The translations under genes and the position numbers were made by a program. The notes under the pieces were generated by a model. That model searched no databases, was not told where the DNA came from, and saw only the letters and a program-made list of their open reading frames with translations. Positions 8,597 to 17,732 of a stretch of DNA of 36,630 nt are shown piece after piece. The number at the start of each line of letters is the position of its first letter. The stretch's first letter is position 1. The stretch is from Nitrospira sp. (GTDB lineage Bacteria; Nitrospirota; Nitrospiria; Nitrospirales; Nitrospiraceae), in assembly GCA_025935475.1 (NCBI GenBank), contig JAICVE010000001.1:1-36630 (forward strand), given 5' to 3'.

Positions 8597-8908
8597 TTGC
8601 GAGCCACGTCAGAGGGATTCAAAGAGTTCGTCCTGGACCAACTTGCCCAACTCAATGGTCTGAGTTGCCGTGCCATGTTCGGCGGCTATGGACTGGCGCT
8701 TCAGGGAAGGTTCTTCGGCATCATTCACAAAGGCCGCCTCTATTTCAGGACCGATCCGTCCACCGCTCCCCGTTATCGCGTGCATCACATGAAACCCTTC
8801 GCGCCCAACACCCGTCAGACGCTCAAGAATTACTATGAGGTGCCGGTCAACATTGTCGAATCCGCCGACACTCTCGTGGAGTGGGCCCTGGCAGCGGCCA
8901 ACCGTTAG
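8597..8908 (+). CDS. TfoX/Sxy N-terminal domain protein
   Basis: RAMFGGYGL...FFGII....LYFR and YYEVP...E.....EWA motifs; start codon uncertain. Confidence 0.85.
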   Translation: MRATSEGFKEFVLDQLAQLNGLSCRAMFGGYGLALQGRFFGIIHKGRLYFRTDPSTAPRYRVHHMKPFAPNTRQTLKNYYEVPVNIVESADTLVEWALAAANR

Positions 8909-8999
8909 CACGATCTCGCTTCATCCTCGCACCATCGGCCAGGCCCGACTATAATGAGCCTGGTCTCCCTCACATTGGGCGAGAGGACGTCTATCGACC

Positions 9000-9485
9000 A
9001 TGACGCCGTCTTTCTTTCTGATCGTCGCTGTCGTCAGCCTATCCATCTGCTCGACACCACATGACGCCGTAGCCGGGGAACCCGCAGATCCGGTAAGTTT
9101 ATGGCACTCGGCTCCGACAACCGATCAGTCTTCCGCCCAACGGAGGCCGTGGGTGATCCGAGAGCGAGACATCATTCTGGACGTGCAGTTGTTGCAGGTC
9201 CTCAAGGATGCGGCCGCGCGGCCGCATCCGCGCATGACCGTCGAATTTTTCGACGCGAATCGCCATGAACTGGACATCACTTCCACGGTGTCACGCTTTA
9301 ATGATACGGCCGTGCTCCGCGGATCGTTCAAGCCGCCGTCTCGAGGTGACTTCACCTTGGTCGCTACAGGAAATCTCTTGGTCGGGAGCCTGCAAGTGGG
9401 AGACCGTTTTTATAAAACGGAGCATGTCGGCAACGGCAGGCTTAAGCTTCTGGAAGTGGATCCGCGCAAAATGCCACCAGAGTGA
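9000..9485 (+). CDS. Hypothetical secreted protein
   Basis: Signal peptide, GAGGA RBS, TATAAT at 8950-8955; beta-strand-rich body ending LLEVDP. Confidence 0.65.
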   Translation: MTPSFFLIVAVVSLSICSTPHDAVAGEPADPVSLWHSAPTTDQSSAQRRPWVIRERDIILDVQLLQVLKDAAARPHPRMTVEFFDANRHELDITSTVSRFNDTAVLRGSFKPPSRGDFTLVATGNLLVGSLQVGDRFYKTEHVGNGRLKLLEVDPRKMPPE

Positions 9486-9582
9486 GGCGTGCACCTCGCT
9501 TCCCGAAACGTCGCACAAGCCTGCGACTCTGGCCGAGGTCCCGGGGGTTGGGAACCATGCACCCCCTGTGGGACAATGTCCC

Positions 9583-10128
9583 ATGGACCGGCAGATCTGG
9601 AGCATCGGCCATTCGACGAAACCCATCGACGAATTCTTGGCGCTGCTGCAATCCCACGGCATCAGACGGCTTGTCGACGTGCGAACGGTTCCGCGTTCCA
9701 CCCACAATCCGCAGTTTGAGTCGGATGCGCTGGCTCAGCATCTGAAAGATGCGAACATCACGTATGTCCACCAGGCTGGCCTGGGCGGGCTGCGAAAGCC
9801 CAGGAAAGATTCCATCAATGCCGGCTGGAAGAACACAAGCTTCCGCGGCTATGCCGACTATATGCAAACCGAGCCGTTTCTCGCTGCCCTCGAGACGCTC
9901 ATGACGGAGAGTCGGAGCACTCCGTCGGCCATCATGTGTGCGGAGGCAGTGCCTTGGCGCTGCCATCGATCGTTGATTGCTGATGCCCTTGCTGTCCGCG
10001 GATGGACCGTCCGGCATATTCTGACGAGGACCAAAGCGGACCGGCACCGATTGACGCGATTTGCAGTGGTCGAACACGATCGGATTACCTATCCTCCTCC
10101 TGACCCACTCGCGGCGCAGAACTCGTGA
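9583..10128 (+). CDS. DUF488-family protein
   Basis: IWSIGHST, LVDVRTVP.S..NPQF, LGG.R, FRGYADYM, MCAEAVPWRCHRSLIADAL. Confidence 0.92.
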   Translation: MDRQIWSIGHSTKPIDEFLALLQSHGIRRLVDVRTVPRSTHNPQFESDALAQHLKDANITYVHQAGLGGLRKPRKDSINAGWKNTSFRGYADYMQTEPFLAALETLMTESRSTPSAIMCAEAVPWRCHRSLIADALAVRGWTVRHILTRTKADRHRLTRFAVVEHDRITYPPPDPLAAQNS

Positions 10129-10132
10129 CTGC

Positions 10133-10507
10133 ATGTGGTACATCTTGTTGGCCGATGGGGTCGTGTTGCTGCATGGACTCTTCGTGATCTTCGTGCTCTT
10201 CGGCGGACTGCTGGCCGCCAAATGGCCCCGGGTCCTGTGGATTCATGGCCCGGCTTTCGCCTGGGGCTGCCTCGTGGAGTTCAACGGTTACCTGTGTCCC
10301 CTGACACCGCTGGAGAACTGGCTACGGATACAGGGCGGGGCCTCCGGTTACCACGGCGACTTTCTCTCACACTGGCTTCTGCCGCTTCTCTATCCCGCAT
10401 TCCTCACCGACCGCATCCAGATCATACTGGGCACTTTGGTGCTTGCGCTGAATGGAACGATCTATGCCTGGCTGTGGCGGAGGAGGAAATGCACGAGGCC
10501 AGCCTGA
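10133..10507 (+). CDS. DUF2784-family membrane protein
   Basis: LAD.V..LH..F..FV..GG and CPLTPLENWLR motifs. Confidence 0.88.
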   Translation: MWYILLADGVVLLHGLFVIFVLFGGLLAAKWPRVLWIHGPAFAWGCLVEFNGYLCPLTPLENWLRIQGGASGYHGDFLSHWLLPLLYPAFLTDRIQIILGTLVLALNGTIYAWLWRRRKCTRPA

Positions 10508-10657
10508 CTGCCCTACGAACCTCAACGGAGATTGGATCTATCCGACGACAATATTTATTGTGACGGCGCAGCCATCCGTTCTGCCTCACCTCTCGTAAGA
10601 ACCAACAGCGTCTAGGGTCGAGTAGCTGTAATGTTCTCAACAGAGAGGAGGAGAATC

Positions 10658-11166
10658 ATGAATACATGGGTTGCCTCGTGTATGGTCGTGAGTGGACTCG
10701 TACTAAGTTTGGGCGGATGTAACACCATGGAGTCGTCCAGCGCGACAATGACGGGCGAGCAATCGCTCTACGAGCGTCTTGGCGGCAAGCTCGCAATCAC
10801 CGCCGTCGTGGAAGACTTCGTCGGACGCGTCGCCGCCGACAGTCGCATCAATGGCAAGTTTGCGAACGCCAACATCCCGCGCTTGAAGACCATGCTCACC
10901 GAGCAGATTTGCCAGGCCTCCGGCGGTCCCTGTACGTACAAAGGAAGAGACATGAAGAGCAGCCATGCAGGCATGGGCGTCACCGGCGAAGAATTCGACG
11001 CCCTCGTCGGCGATCTGGTGACCACCCTCAATAAATTCAACGTTGGCGAACGTGAGAAGAATGAGTTGCTCGGCGCGCTCGGCCGATGAAAAAAGACATC
11101 GTGACTTCACCGATGGCTTCCGGTCCGGATGGCGCAAATGGCGCACGGGCAAGGGCAAACATGTAA
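10658..11166 (+). CDS. glbN: Group I truncated haemoglobin (GlbN-like) with lipoprotein signal; apparent 1-bp frameshift near 11084 (uncorrected ORF stops at 11089)
   Basis: SLYERLGG, GGPC.Y.GRDMK..H.GM, EEFDALV motifs; lipobox LGGC. The expected tail (P)MKKDIV continues in a shifted frame after LLGALG. Confidence 0.85.
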
Positions 11167-11332
11167 TTGGATGGTGTCCAGGGGCGGCCCAGCTGGCCGC
11201 CCCTGCGTGGTGTGTGCCGTTCAGATGGACGGTTGACGCCTTCGTTAATCTCCTGATACATGGACTCCGGGTGACCGCTGATGGGATATTTCATAGTCAT
11301 GTAGACACGGCGATGGATGGTTCCTGAGCAAT

Positions 11333-12373
11333 ATGCCCTTGACACTCAGCGCTCGACAAAGCCCCCTAGCCTCAACCAGTGAGCAACTCCATATCTTGGA
11401 GACCACCAGTTCCTGCCCGGCATTTGAGGTCCCGATGGAACGGGCCGGTCTCCATCCACTTCGGTCTACCGGCATTACCGTCTTTCAGATCAACGTTGGA
11501 AAGCTCTGCAATCAAATCTGCAGGCATTGCCACGTCGATGCGGGTCCGGACCGGACGGAACGCATGTCGCGCGAGACGGCAGAGCTCTGCATGCAAGCCT
11601 TGGCACAAACCGACATTCCAATGGTCGATATCACTGGAGGCGCACCGGAGCTTAATCCCCACTTCCGTTGGCTGGTCGAACAAGCGCGCGGACTGAAACG
11701 TCATGTCATGGACCGCTGCAACCTTTCCGTGCTGCTCCTGCCGTCGCAGGCCGACCTGGCCGAATTTCTGGCCACTCATCGGGTGGAGATCATCGCCTCG
11801 CTCCCTTATTACAAAGGGCCGCAAACGGATGCCCAACGGGGAGAAGGCGTCTTCGACAAATCGATGGAAGGCCTGCGCCGATTGAACCGGCTCGGCTACG
11901 GCGCGCCAGACAGCGGCTTGGTCCTCAATCTTGTCCAGAATCCCGTCGGCGCGTTTTTGCCGCCCAAACAAGACGCGATCGAATCGCAGTTCCGCAAAGA
12001 ACTCCGCGCCAAACATGGCGTCGAGTTCAACCGTCTCTACACCATTACGAACATGCCGATCAGCCGCTTTCTCGAGTTTCTCATCGAGAGCGACAACTAT
12101 GAAGCCTACATGGCGCGGCTTGCCAATGCCTTCAATCCCGCTGCAGCCGCGGGCGTCATGTGCCGCTATACGTTATCGGTTGGCTGGGACGGCACGCTGT
12201 ACGACTGCGATTTCAACCAAATGCTCGACCTACCCGTGGGCGCTGGCGCGCCACGTCACATCCGTGATTTCAATCCTGCACAATTGCAACAACGGATAAT
12301 CGTCACAGGCAACCATTGCTATGGTTGCACCGCCGGCTCGGGCTCCTCCTGCGGCGGAGCTGTCACCGCTTAA
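11333..12373 (+). CDS. arsS: Radical SAM / Cys-rich domain protein (ArsS-like, DUF3641)
   Basis: QINVGKLCNQICRHCHVDAGP, DITGGAPELNP, MCR..LSV.WDG.LYDCDFNQML, HCYGCTAGSGSSCGG. Confidence 0.85.
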   Translation: MPLTLSARQSPLASTSEQLHILETTSSCPAFEVPMERAGLHPLRSTGITVFQINVGKLCNQICRHCHVDAGPDRTERMSRETAELCMQALAQTDIPMVDITGGAPELNPHFRWLVEQARGLKRHVMDRCNLSVLLLPSQADLAEFLATHRVEIIASLPYYKGPQTDAQRGEGVFDKSMEGLRRLNRLGYGAPDSGLVLNLVQNPVGAFLPPKQDAIESQFRKELRAKHGVEFNRLYTITNMPISRFLEFLIESDNYEAYMARLANAFNPAAAAGVMCRYTLSVGWDGTLYDCDFNQMLDLPVGAGAPRHIRDFNPAQLQQRIIVTGNHCYGCTAGSGSSCGGAVTA

Positions 12374-12405
12374 ACGACAGTGCTCCATCTCCGTGGGTCC
12401 GCGTG

Positions 12406-12434
12406 TTGCGAAGGCCTAGGTAGTCTGCTATGGT
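12406..12434 (+). promoter_or_regulatory. Sigma70-type promoter candidate for hflKC
   Basis: TTGCGA-N17-TATGGT with extended -10 TG. Confidence 0.45.
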
Positions 12435-12472
12435 GTCGCGCGTTCGCGCACTAAACTTTCCACGATTGCCGC

Positions 12473-13507
12473 ATGGTTTGGGATCCCAAAGATCCATGGA
12501 GTAGAAAAAACGACCCGCTTGAGGACGTGCTCAAGCAGGCGCAGATGCAGTTGAGGAATTTCCTGCCTTCGGGTGGCTTCAGAAATGTCCTCCTCGCTGG
12601 GTTGCTGATCTTTCTGGTCTGGCAGAGCGCCTTCATCATAGGACCCGATGAGGAAGGGGTCGTCAAACGCTTCGGTATTCCCGTGCGGACCGTCGGGCCC
12701 GGCCCCCACCTGAAGATTCCACTCGTCGAGTCGGTTCTGCAGCCGAAAGTGGCCAAGCTCCATCGTGTCGAAATCGGATTTCGGACCGATCGACAGAGTC
12801 GGCAGCAGATGATTCCGCAAGAAGCCCTGATGCTCACGGGCGACATGAATATCCTGGCGATTGAATTCATCGTGCAGTACAAAATCAAGGAAGCATCGGA
12901 CTTTCTTTTTAACGTTGCCGACATTCATGACACGATCGGCAAGGCCGCGGAAGCGTCAATGCGGGAAGTCATCGGTAAGAGCAAAATCGACGAAGCGCTG
13001 ACAACCGGCAAAGCACAAATCCAGCAGGACACCCAAGACCTGCTGCAAAAAATTCTCGATCAATATCAGACCGGCGTGCAGATCGCGGCGGTGCAACTGC
13101 AAGATGTCGATCCGCCAGAAGCCGTGGCGGCTGCGTTCAAGGACGTCACGAACGCGAAAGAAGACCGCGAAAAGCTGATCAACCAGTCGATTGGTTACCG
13201 GAACGACATCCTGCCCAAAGCGAAAGGCGAGGCAGCCCAGATCGTCAACCAGGCCAAAGGCTATGCCCAGGCGCGTTTGAACCGGGCGCAAGGCGAGGCC
13301 AACCGCTTTCTGGCCACGCTAAAGGAATACAACCAGGCCCGCGATACCATCAGCAAGCGCATCTACATCGAGACGATGGAAGAGATCTTGCCGAAAATGG
13401 ACAAGATCATCATCGACGGGAAGGCCGGCGAGCGCATCCTCCCTTATTTGCCGCTCGATCGCATGACCAAGAAGCCGCCCGCGACGACAGAGGGACGCGA
13501 ACGATGA
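12473..13507 (+). CDS. hflK: FtsH protease modulator HflK
   Basis: SPFH domain, MLTGD.NI, PPEAV..AF.DV..A.ED, YIETMEEIL; paired with hflC. Confidence 0.93.
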   Translation: MVWDPKDPWSRKNDPLEDVLKQAQMQLRNFLPSGGFRNVLLAGLLIFLVWQSAFIIGPDEEGVVKRFGIPVRTVGPGPHLKIPLVESVLQPKVAKLHRVEIGFRTDRQSRQQMIPQEALMLTGDMNILAIEFIVQYKIKEASDFLFNVADIHDTIGKAAEASMREVIGKSKIDEALTTGKAQIQQDTQDLLQKILDQYQTGVQIAAVQLQDVDPPEAVAAAFKDVTNAKEDREKLINQSIGYRNDILPKAKGEAAQIVNQAKGYAQARLNRAQGEANRFLATLKEYNQARDTISKRIYIETMEEILPKMDKIIIDGKAGERILPYLPLDRMTKKPPATTEGRER

Positions 13508-14364
13508 CGAAACAGGGCTTGACCATCGCGGTGATCGCGATCCTCTTCTTTCTCCTCATTCTGGGCGCTTCGCCCCTTTTCGTCGTGGACGTCACCCAGA
13601 CCGCCATCGTCGTCCAGTTGGGCAAACCCGTCCGGATCGTCATGGAGCCAGGCCTCTACATCAAAGTGCCGTTCGTGCAGGAGGTCACCTACTTTGACAA
13701 ACGGCTTCTCGACTATGATTCCGACGCCCAGGACGTTATCACACAGGATAAAAAGACGTTGCTCCTCGATAATTTTGCCAAGTGGCGCATCATCGATCCT
13801 CTCAAGGTCTATCAAAATTTCCAAAGTCAACGCGGGGCCCTTCAACGTCTGCACGATATCATCTATTCCGAGCTGCGGGTGGAATTAGGCCGTCATGACC
13901 TGGCGGAAATTGTTTCGACGGCGCGAGCGGAATTGATGAAGGTCGTGACCCAGCGGGCAAACGAGAAAGCTTCGGCGTACGGGATCACGATCCAAGACGT
14001 GAGGATCAAGCGGGCCGATTTGCCGCAGGAAAACGAGAAGACAGTGTTCCAGCGCATGCAGGCGGAGCGGGAGCAGCAGGCCAAACAATATCGCGCCGAG
14101 GGGGCCGAAGAGGCGCAGAAAATCCGCTCGGACGCTGAAAAGGACCGCGAGATCATCTTGGCGCAGGCCTATAAGGAATCGGAGGAGCTTCGCGGCGCGG
14201 GCGATGCCAAAGCCTTCCGCATCTATGCGGACGCCTACCGGCAGGACCCGAAGTTTTTCGACTTTACGCGCTCAATGGAAGCGTACAAGAAATCGTTCGA
14301 CGAAAAGTCGACGCTCGTGATGAGTCCCGATTCCGAGTTTTTCCACTATCTCAAACAGCGGTGA
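13504..14364 (+). CDS. hflC: FtsH protease modulator HflC
   Basis: SPFH domain, T.DKK.L..D, DVRIKR.DLP, RM.AER, DP.FF.F.RS..AY; ATGA overlap with hflK. Confidence 0.95.
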   Translation: MTKQGLTIAVIAILFFLLILGASPLFVVDVTQTAIVVQLGKPVRIVMEPGLYIKVPFVQEVTYFDKRLLDYDSDAQDVITQDKKTLLLDNFAKWRIIDPLKVYQNFQSQRGALQRLHDIIYSELRVELGRHDLAEIVSTARAELMKVVTQRANEKASAYGITIQDVRIKRADLPQENEKTVFQRMQAEREQQAKQYRAEGAEEAQKIRSDAEKDREIILAQAYKESEELRGAGDAKAFRIYADAYRQDPKFFDFTRSMEAYKKSFDEKSTLVMSPDSEFFHYLKQR

Positions 14365-14368
14365 ACGA

Positions 14369-16072
14369 CTAAGATAAGCCCACGATCTGGCCCGTCTTCA
14401 CATCCAAGTCGATCCGCTCCCCCGCCGGTTTTTTCGGCAGGCCTGGCATCAACTGAATCCCCGAACAGACGGCCGTGAGGAATCCGGCGCCGGCGAGCAG
14501 TCGCACTTCTTTGATCGGCAAGGTGAATCCTTTTGGGCGGCCCTTGAGGGCGGGGTCGTGCGACAGCGACAAGGGGGTCTTCGCCATGCAGATAGGGAGC
14601 GCTTCGTATCCCAGCTGCCGGGCGAGATCCATGTCCTGTTCCGCCTGCGGATCAAAGGACACTCCTGACGCGCCATACATCTTCATGGCAATGGTCTCGA
14701 TTTTACGCTTCGTCGGCCAGGCAAGATCATAAAGATGGGAGAAGGACGAGGGCGAGCCGGCCGCCCGGATGACTGCCCGCGCAAGGTCTTCGGAGCCCGT
14801 TCCTCCGTCGGCATGGTGGGTTGAGACAGCCGCTTCCGCCGCCCCGGCCCTGCAGGCCTGCTGACGAAGCCACTCCAGTTCAGAAGCGGGGTCATCTTTG
14901 AATGCATTGATCGCGACCACCACCGGAATACCGTGAGCCTTGACGTTCGCGATGTGCTGCTCCAAATTCGGAAAACCGCGTGCGAGAGCGTCCTGATTCG
15001 GCCCCGACAAGCCGATAGGGACCGGGGTCCCCGCCTTCACGACGCCCCCGCCCCCATGCAGTTTGAGCGCCCGTAGCGTGGCGACCACGACGGCCGCAGC
15101 CGGCGCCAATCCTGACAACCGGCATTTGATGTTGAAAAATTTTTCAGCGCCGAGATCACTCCCGAAGCCCGCTTCCGTCACCACATACTCGGCACATCGC
15201 AAGGCGATGGCATCGGAGATGATCGAGCAGTTTCCGTGAGCAATATTGCCAAACGGCCCGGTGTGCACGAATGCGGGGGTTCCCTCGAGGGTCTGAACCA
15301 GATTGGGCAGGAGCGCGTCCTTTAAGAGCACAGCCATGGATCCGGCACAGGCAAGGGCTTCTGCCCTGACCGGTGTTCCTTCCTTGGTCAGGCCGACGAC
15401 AATATCTCCAAGGCGGCGTCGCAGATCGGCGAGACCTCCGGCCAGCGCAAGAATCGCCATGACTTCGGAGGCTTCGTTGATGACAAACTGGTCGGTTCGG
15501 CGTCCGCTGCTTTCGTCCAGTGAGATTCGTCTGAGTGCCCGGTCGCTGATGCCCACCGCTCGCGGCCAGGAAAGCCGCACCGGACTGATGCCAAGCGAAT
15601 TGCCGTGAAAAACATGGTTATCGATACAGGCCGACAGCAAATTGTGGCTCGCAGCAACCGCATGCGCGTCACCCGTCAAATGGAGGTTGATGTCTTCCAT
15701 CGGGACGACCTGTGCGCGTCCGCCTCCTGTTCCGCCTCCTTTGATGCCGAAGACCGGCCCCAACGATGGCTGACGGAGGGTCACAACGGCGCGCGGGCCA
15801 ATTCTATTGAGCCCCATCGCCAGGCCGATGGAGGTCGTCGTTTTCCCTTCGCCCAATGGCGTCGGATTGATGGCCGTCACGAGAATATATCGGCCTCGAG
15901 GCTTGTGTTTGAGTCGCTCGAGTGCCGACAGGCTAATTTTGCCCTTGTGCCTGCCGTATGGATGCAGTTCTTCAGGAGAAAGTCCGAGCCGTTTGGCGAT
16001 TTCCTGTATCGGTAGGGGTTGGTACGCTTTCGCGATGTCGAGGTCGCTCATAGCCTGAGCAGAGGTGGGCAT
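14369..16072 (-). CDS. fhs: Formate--tetrahydrofolate ligase
   Basis: TAINPTPLGEGKTT, FGIKGG.TGGG, HTGPFGNIAHG, VTEAGFG.DLGAEKF, MPGLP. Start may be 16051. Confidence 0.96.
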   Translation of the reverse strand: MPTSAQAMSDLDIAKAYQPLPIQEIAKRLGLSPEELHPYGRHKGKISLSALERLKHKPRGRYILVTAINPTPLGEGKTTTSIGLAMGLNRIGPRAVVTLRQPSLGPVFGIKGGGTGGGRAQVVPMEDINLHLTGDAHAVAASHNLLSACIDNHVFHGNSLGISPVRLSWPRAVGISDRALRRISLDESSGRRTDQFVINEASEVMAILALAGGLADLRRRLGDIVVGLTKEGTPVRAEALACAGSMAVLLKDALLPNLVQTLEGTPAFVHTGPFGNIAHGNCSIISDAIALRCAEYVVTEAGFGSDLGAEKFFNIKCRLSGLAPAAAVVVATLRALKLHGGGGVVKAGTPVPIGLSGPNQDALARGFPNLEQHIANVKAHGIPVVVAINAFKDDPASELEWLRQQACRAGAAEAAVSTHHADGGTGSEDLARAVIRAAGSPSSFSHLYDLAWPTKRKIETIAMKMYGASGVSFDPQAEQDMDLARQLGYEALPICMAKTPLSLSHDPALKGRPKGFTLPIKEVRLLAGAGFLTAVCSGIQLMPGLPKKPAGERIDLDVKTGQIVGLS

Positions 16073-16120
16073 TCTGGGTGCCGATCAATGCTTCTCATGG
16101 TAACCGCAGCGAGCGTCGTC

Positions 16121-16159
16121 AAAAAAATACGCGCTATGCCTGACGACGACATAGCGCGT
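16121..16159 (-). terminator. Intrinsic terminator after the M23 peptidase gene
   Basis: Minus strand reads ACGCGCTATG-loop-CATAGCGCGT-A-TTTTTTT. Confidence 0.75.
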
Positions 16160-16183
16160 GATTGGACGTAACGGGTGACGGTG

Positions 16184-17200
16184 TTAGTCGAGAATGTACT
16201 TCGTTGGATCAAAGGTCTGGCCGTTTACCTTGACCATGTAATGAAGATGCGGGCCGGTGGCAAGGCCGCTGCTTCCGACCAAACCCACGACATCGCCACG
16301 CCTGACGCGTTGCCCTTCTTTCACCAGCGTCTTGGCAAGGTGGCCGTACAACGTTTCAATCCCGAATCCATGGTCGAGCTTGACCACATTCCCCAACTTC
16401 GGATCGAATCCCACGCTGGTCACACGACCTTGCGCGGGGGCCTGGACGGGCGCATTGGCGGCAGCGCCGATATCGAGCCCATCGTGCCAGGCCGGCTTTT
16501 CAGTAAACGGCGACACGCGCGGTCCAAACCCTGAGGTCACCCATCCTTTGACCGGCCAAATCGAAGGGGTCGCTGCCCAACGGGAGGATCTCTGCTCAGC
16601 GGCGAGAGAAAGCTCTTGTAGTGTATGCTCTTGGACGTCCGCTTCTTTGGCAAGCCAGACGATGCTTTGCTTGACCGAAGCCACGAGTTCTTGTTGGTCA
16701 AGCCCGTTCTGTCCGGACGCGGCAAGATCACTCTGGCCAGAGACTGCACTCGACTGCAGCTCTGACTCGCCTTTGAACGGCTTATCGACTGAATTCAGCG
16801 TGCTACCTTCTGGGAGAGGGGTTTCTTCACCGCCTCGGCCGTTAAATTGGTCCCCTGTCTTGGGACTTTCAATCCCTAGCATGACCCGAAGCCGTTGATT
16901 GACTTCCTTCATGCTTGTCAGACGCTTCTTCAAGTCGTCGACCGCTGTCGAAAAGGCAACCGTCTGCTGGCGAGCGCTCAGCGCTTCAGCGCGGAAAGCC
17001 GAGAGTTCCCATACCTCGCCGGTTCTGACCACATAATGCGAGATCACCAAGATGTCGGCAGCGAGAAGAATCGCCCCTAGAATCAATATCTTACGGACAA
17101 ATTTCCTCGGGAAGCTAAAGCGGAGTGGTTTGGCAGTCGAACCTCGGAAAATGACCACTGTATAGGAATCGTTTGATTCTACGCCGTGCACTTGTCCCAT
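16184..17200 (-). CDS. M23-family metallopeptidase with N-terminal TM and coiled coil
   Basis: PSIWPVKGWVTSGFG.R, HDGLD, YGHL, TGPHLHY. ATG at 17200 after GGGGGTGAGG. Confidence 0.92.
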   Translation of the reverse strand: MGQVHGVESNDSYTVVIFRGSTAKPLRFSFPRKFVRKILILGAILLAADILVISHYVVRTGEVWELSAFRAEALSARQQTVAFSTAVDDLKKRLTSMKEVNQRLRVMLGIESPKTGDQFNGRGGEETPLPEGSTLNSVDKPFKGESELQSSAVSGQSDLAASGQNGLDQQELVASVKQSIVWLAKEADVQEHTLQELSLAAEQRSSRWAATPSIWPVKGWVTSGFGPRVSPFTEKPAWHDGLDIGAAANAPVQAPAQGRVTSVGFDPKLGNVVKLDHGFGIETLYGHLAKTLVKEGQRVRRGDVVGLVGSSGLATGPHLHYMVKVNGQTFDPTKYILD

Positions 17201-17251
17201 GTCCCTCACCCCCTGCTGCAAGGGGACCTCACAACCTAGGTATCGCTTCCG

Positions 17252-17280
17252 AGTGTACCCATCTAGGCGGCTTTGGTCAA
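17252..17280 (-). promoter_or_regulatory. Sigma70-type promoter candidate for the M23 peptidase
   Basis: TTGACC-N17-TACACT on the minus strand. Confidence 0.6.
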
Positions 17281-17313
17281 CCCCTCAATTTAGTCATGAG
17301 TTGCCATTGAGAC

Positions 17314-17652
17314 TCAATCTGTAGCGGTTTCCTTGTGCACCCACTCAAGATATGGACGTAGTCCTCGTTCGACGGTCAACGCGATGATCTCGGGGACCTC
17401 GTATGAATGCATCGACCGAACTAACCTTGCGAGCGCAGGGTATCGATGTGCGCTTGTTTTCATAATGAGCAAAGCCTCTCGGCTCTTTTGCACGTGGCCC
17501 TTCCAGCGAAAGATCGAAGTCACGGACGTGACCAGATTGACGCAGGCCGCGACTTTGTTTTTGATCGCCGCTTCCGCGATCTTCCCTGCCTCCCGGCGAT
17601 CCGACGTCACGACCAACACAACCAACACCCGCCGTGATGATGCTCTCATCAA
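17314..17652 (-). CDS. cutA: Divalent cation tolerance protein CutA
   Basis: AACVN, S.F.W.G, E..L.MKT, HSYEVPEII, YLEW. Confidence 0.93.
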   Translation of the reverse strand: MMRASSRRVLVVLVVTSDRREAGKIAEAAIKNKVAACVNLVTSVTSIFRWKGHVQKSREALLIMKTSAHRYPALARLVRSMHSYEVPEIIALTVERGLRPYLEWVHKETATD

Positions 17653-17719
17653 CTCACCAGCCTTTACGTGAGCAAGTCTTGTGCCCTACCTAGAATCAAA
17701 AATGCTACACAATAAGCTA

Positions 17720-17732
17720 AATCAAACAGTTA
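17720..17732. promoter_or_regulatory. IHF-consensus site in AT-rich divergent intergenic region
   Basis: AATCAAACAGTTA matches WATCAANNNNTTR exactly. Confidence 0.45.

Noticed and set aside
11043-11345. Short ORFs between the globin and arsS
   Set aside because: No RBS or family features; partly explained by the frameshifted globin tail.
16073-16183. ZTP or THF riboswitch before fhs
   Set aside because: Consensus elements not recognised and little room; only the terminator and 8-bp complementarity are supported.
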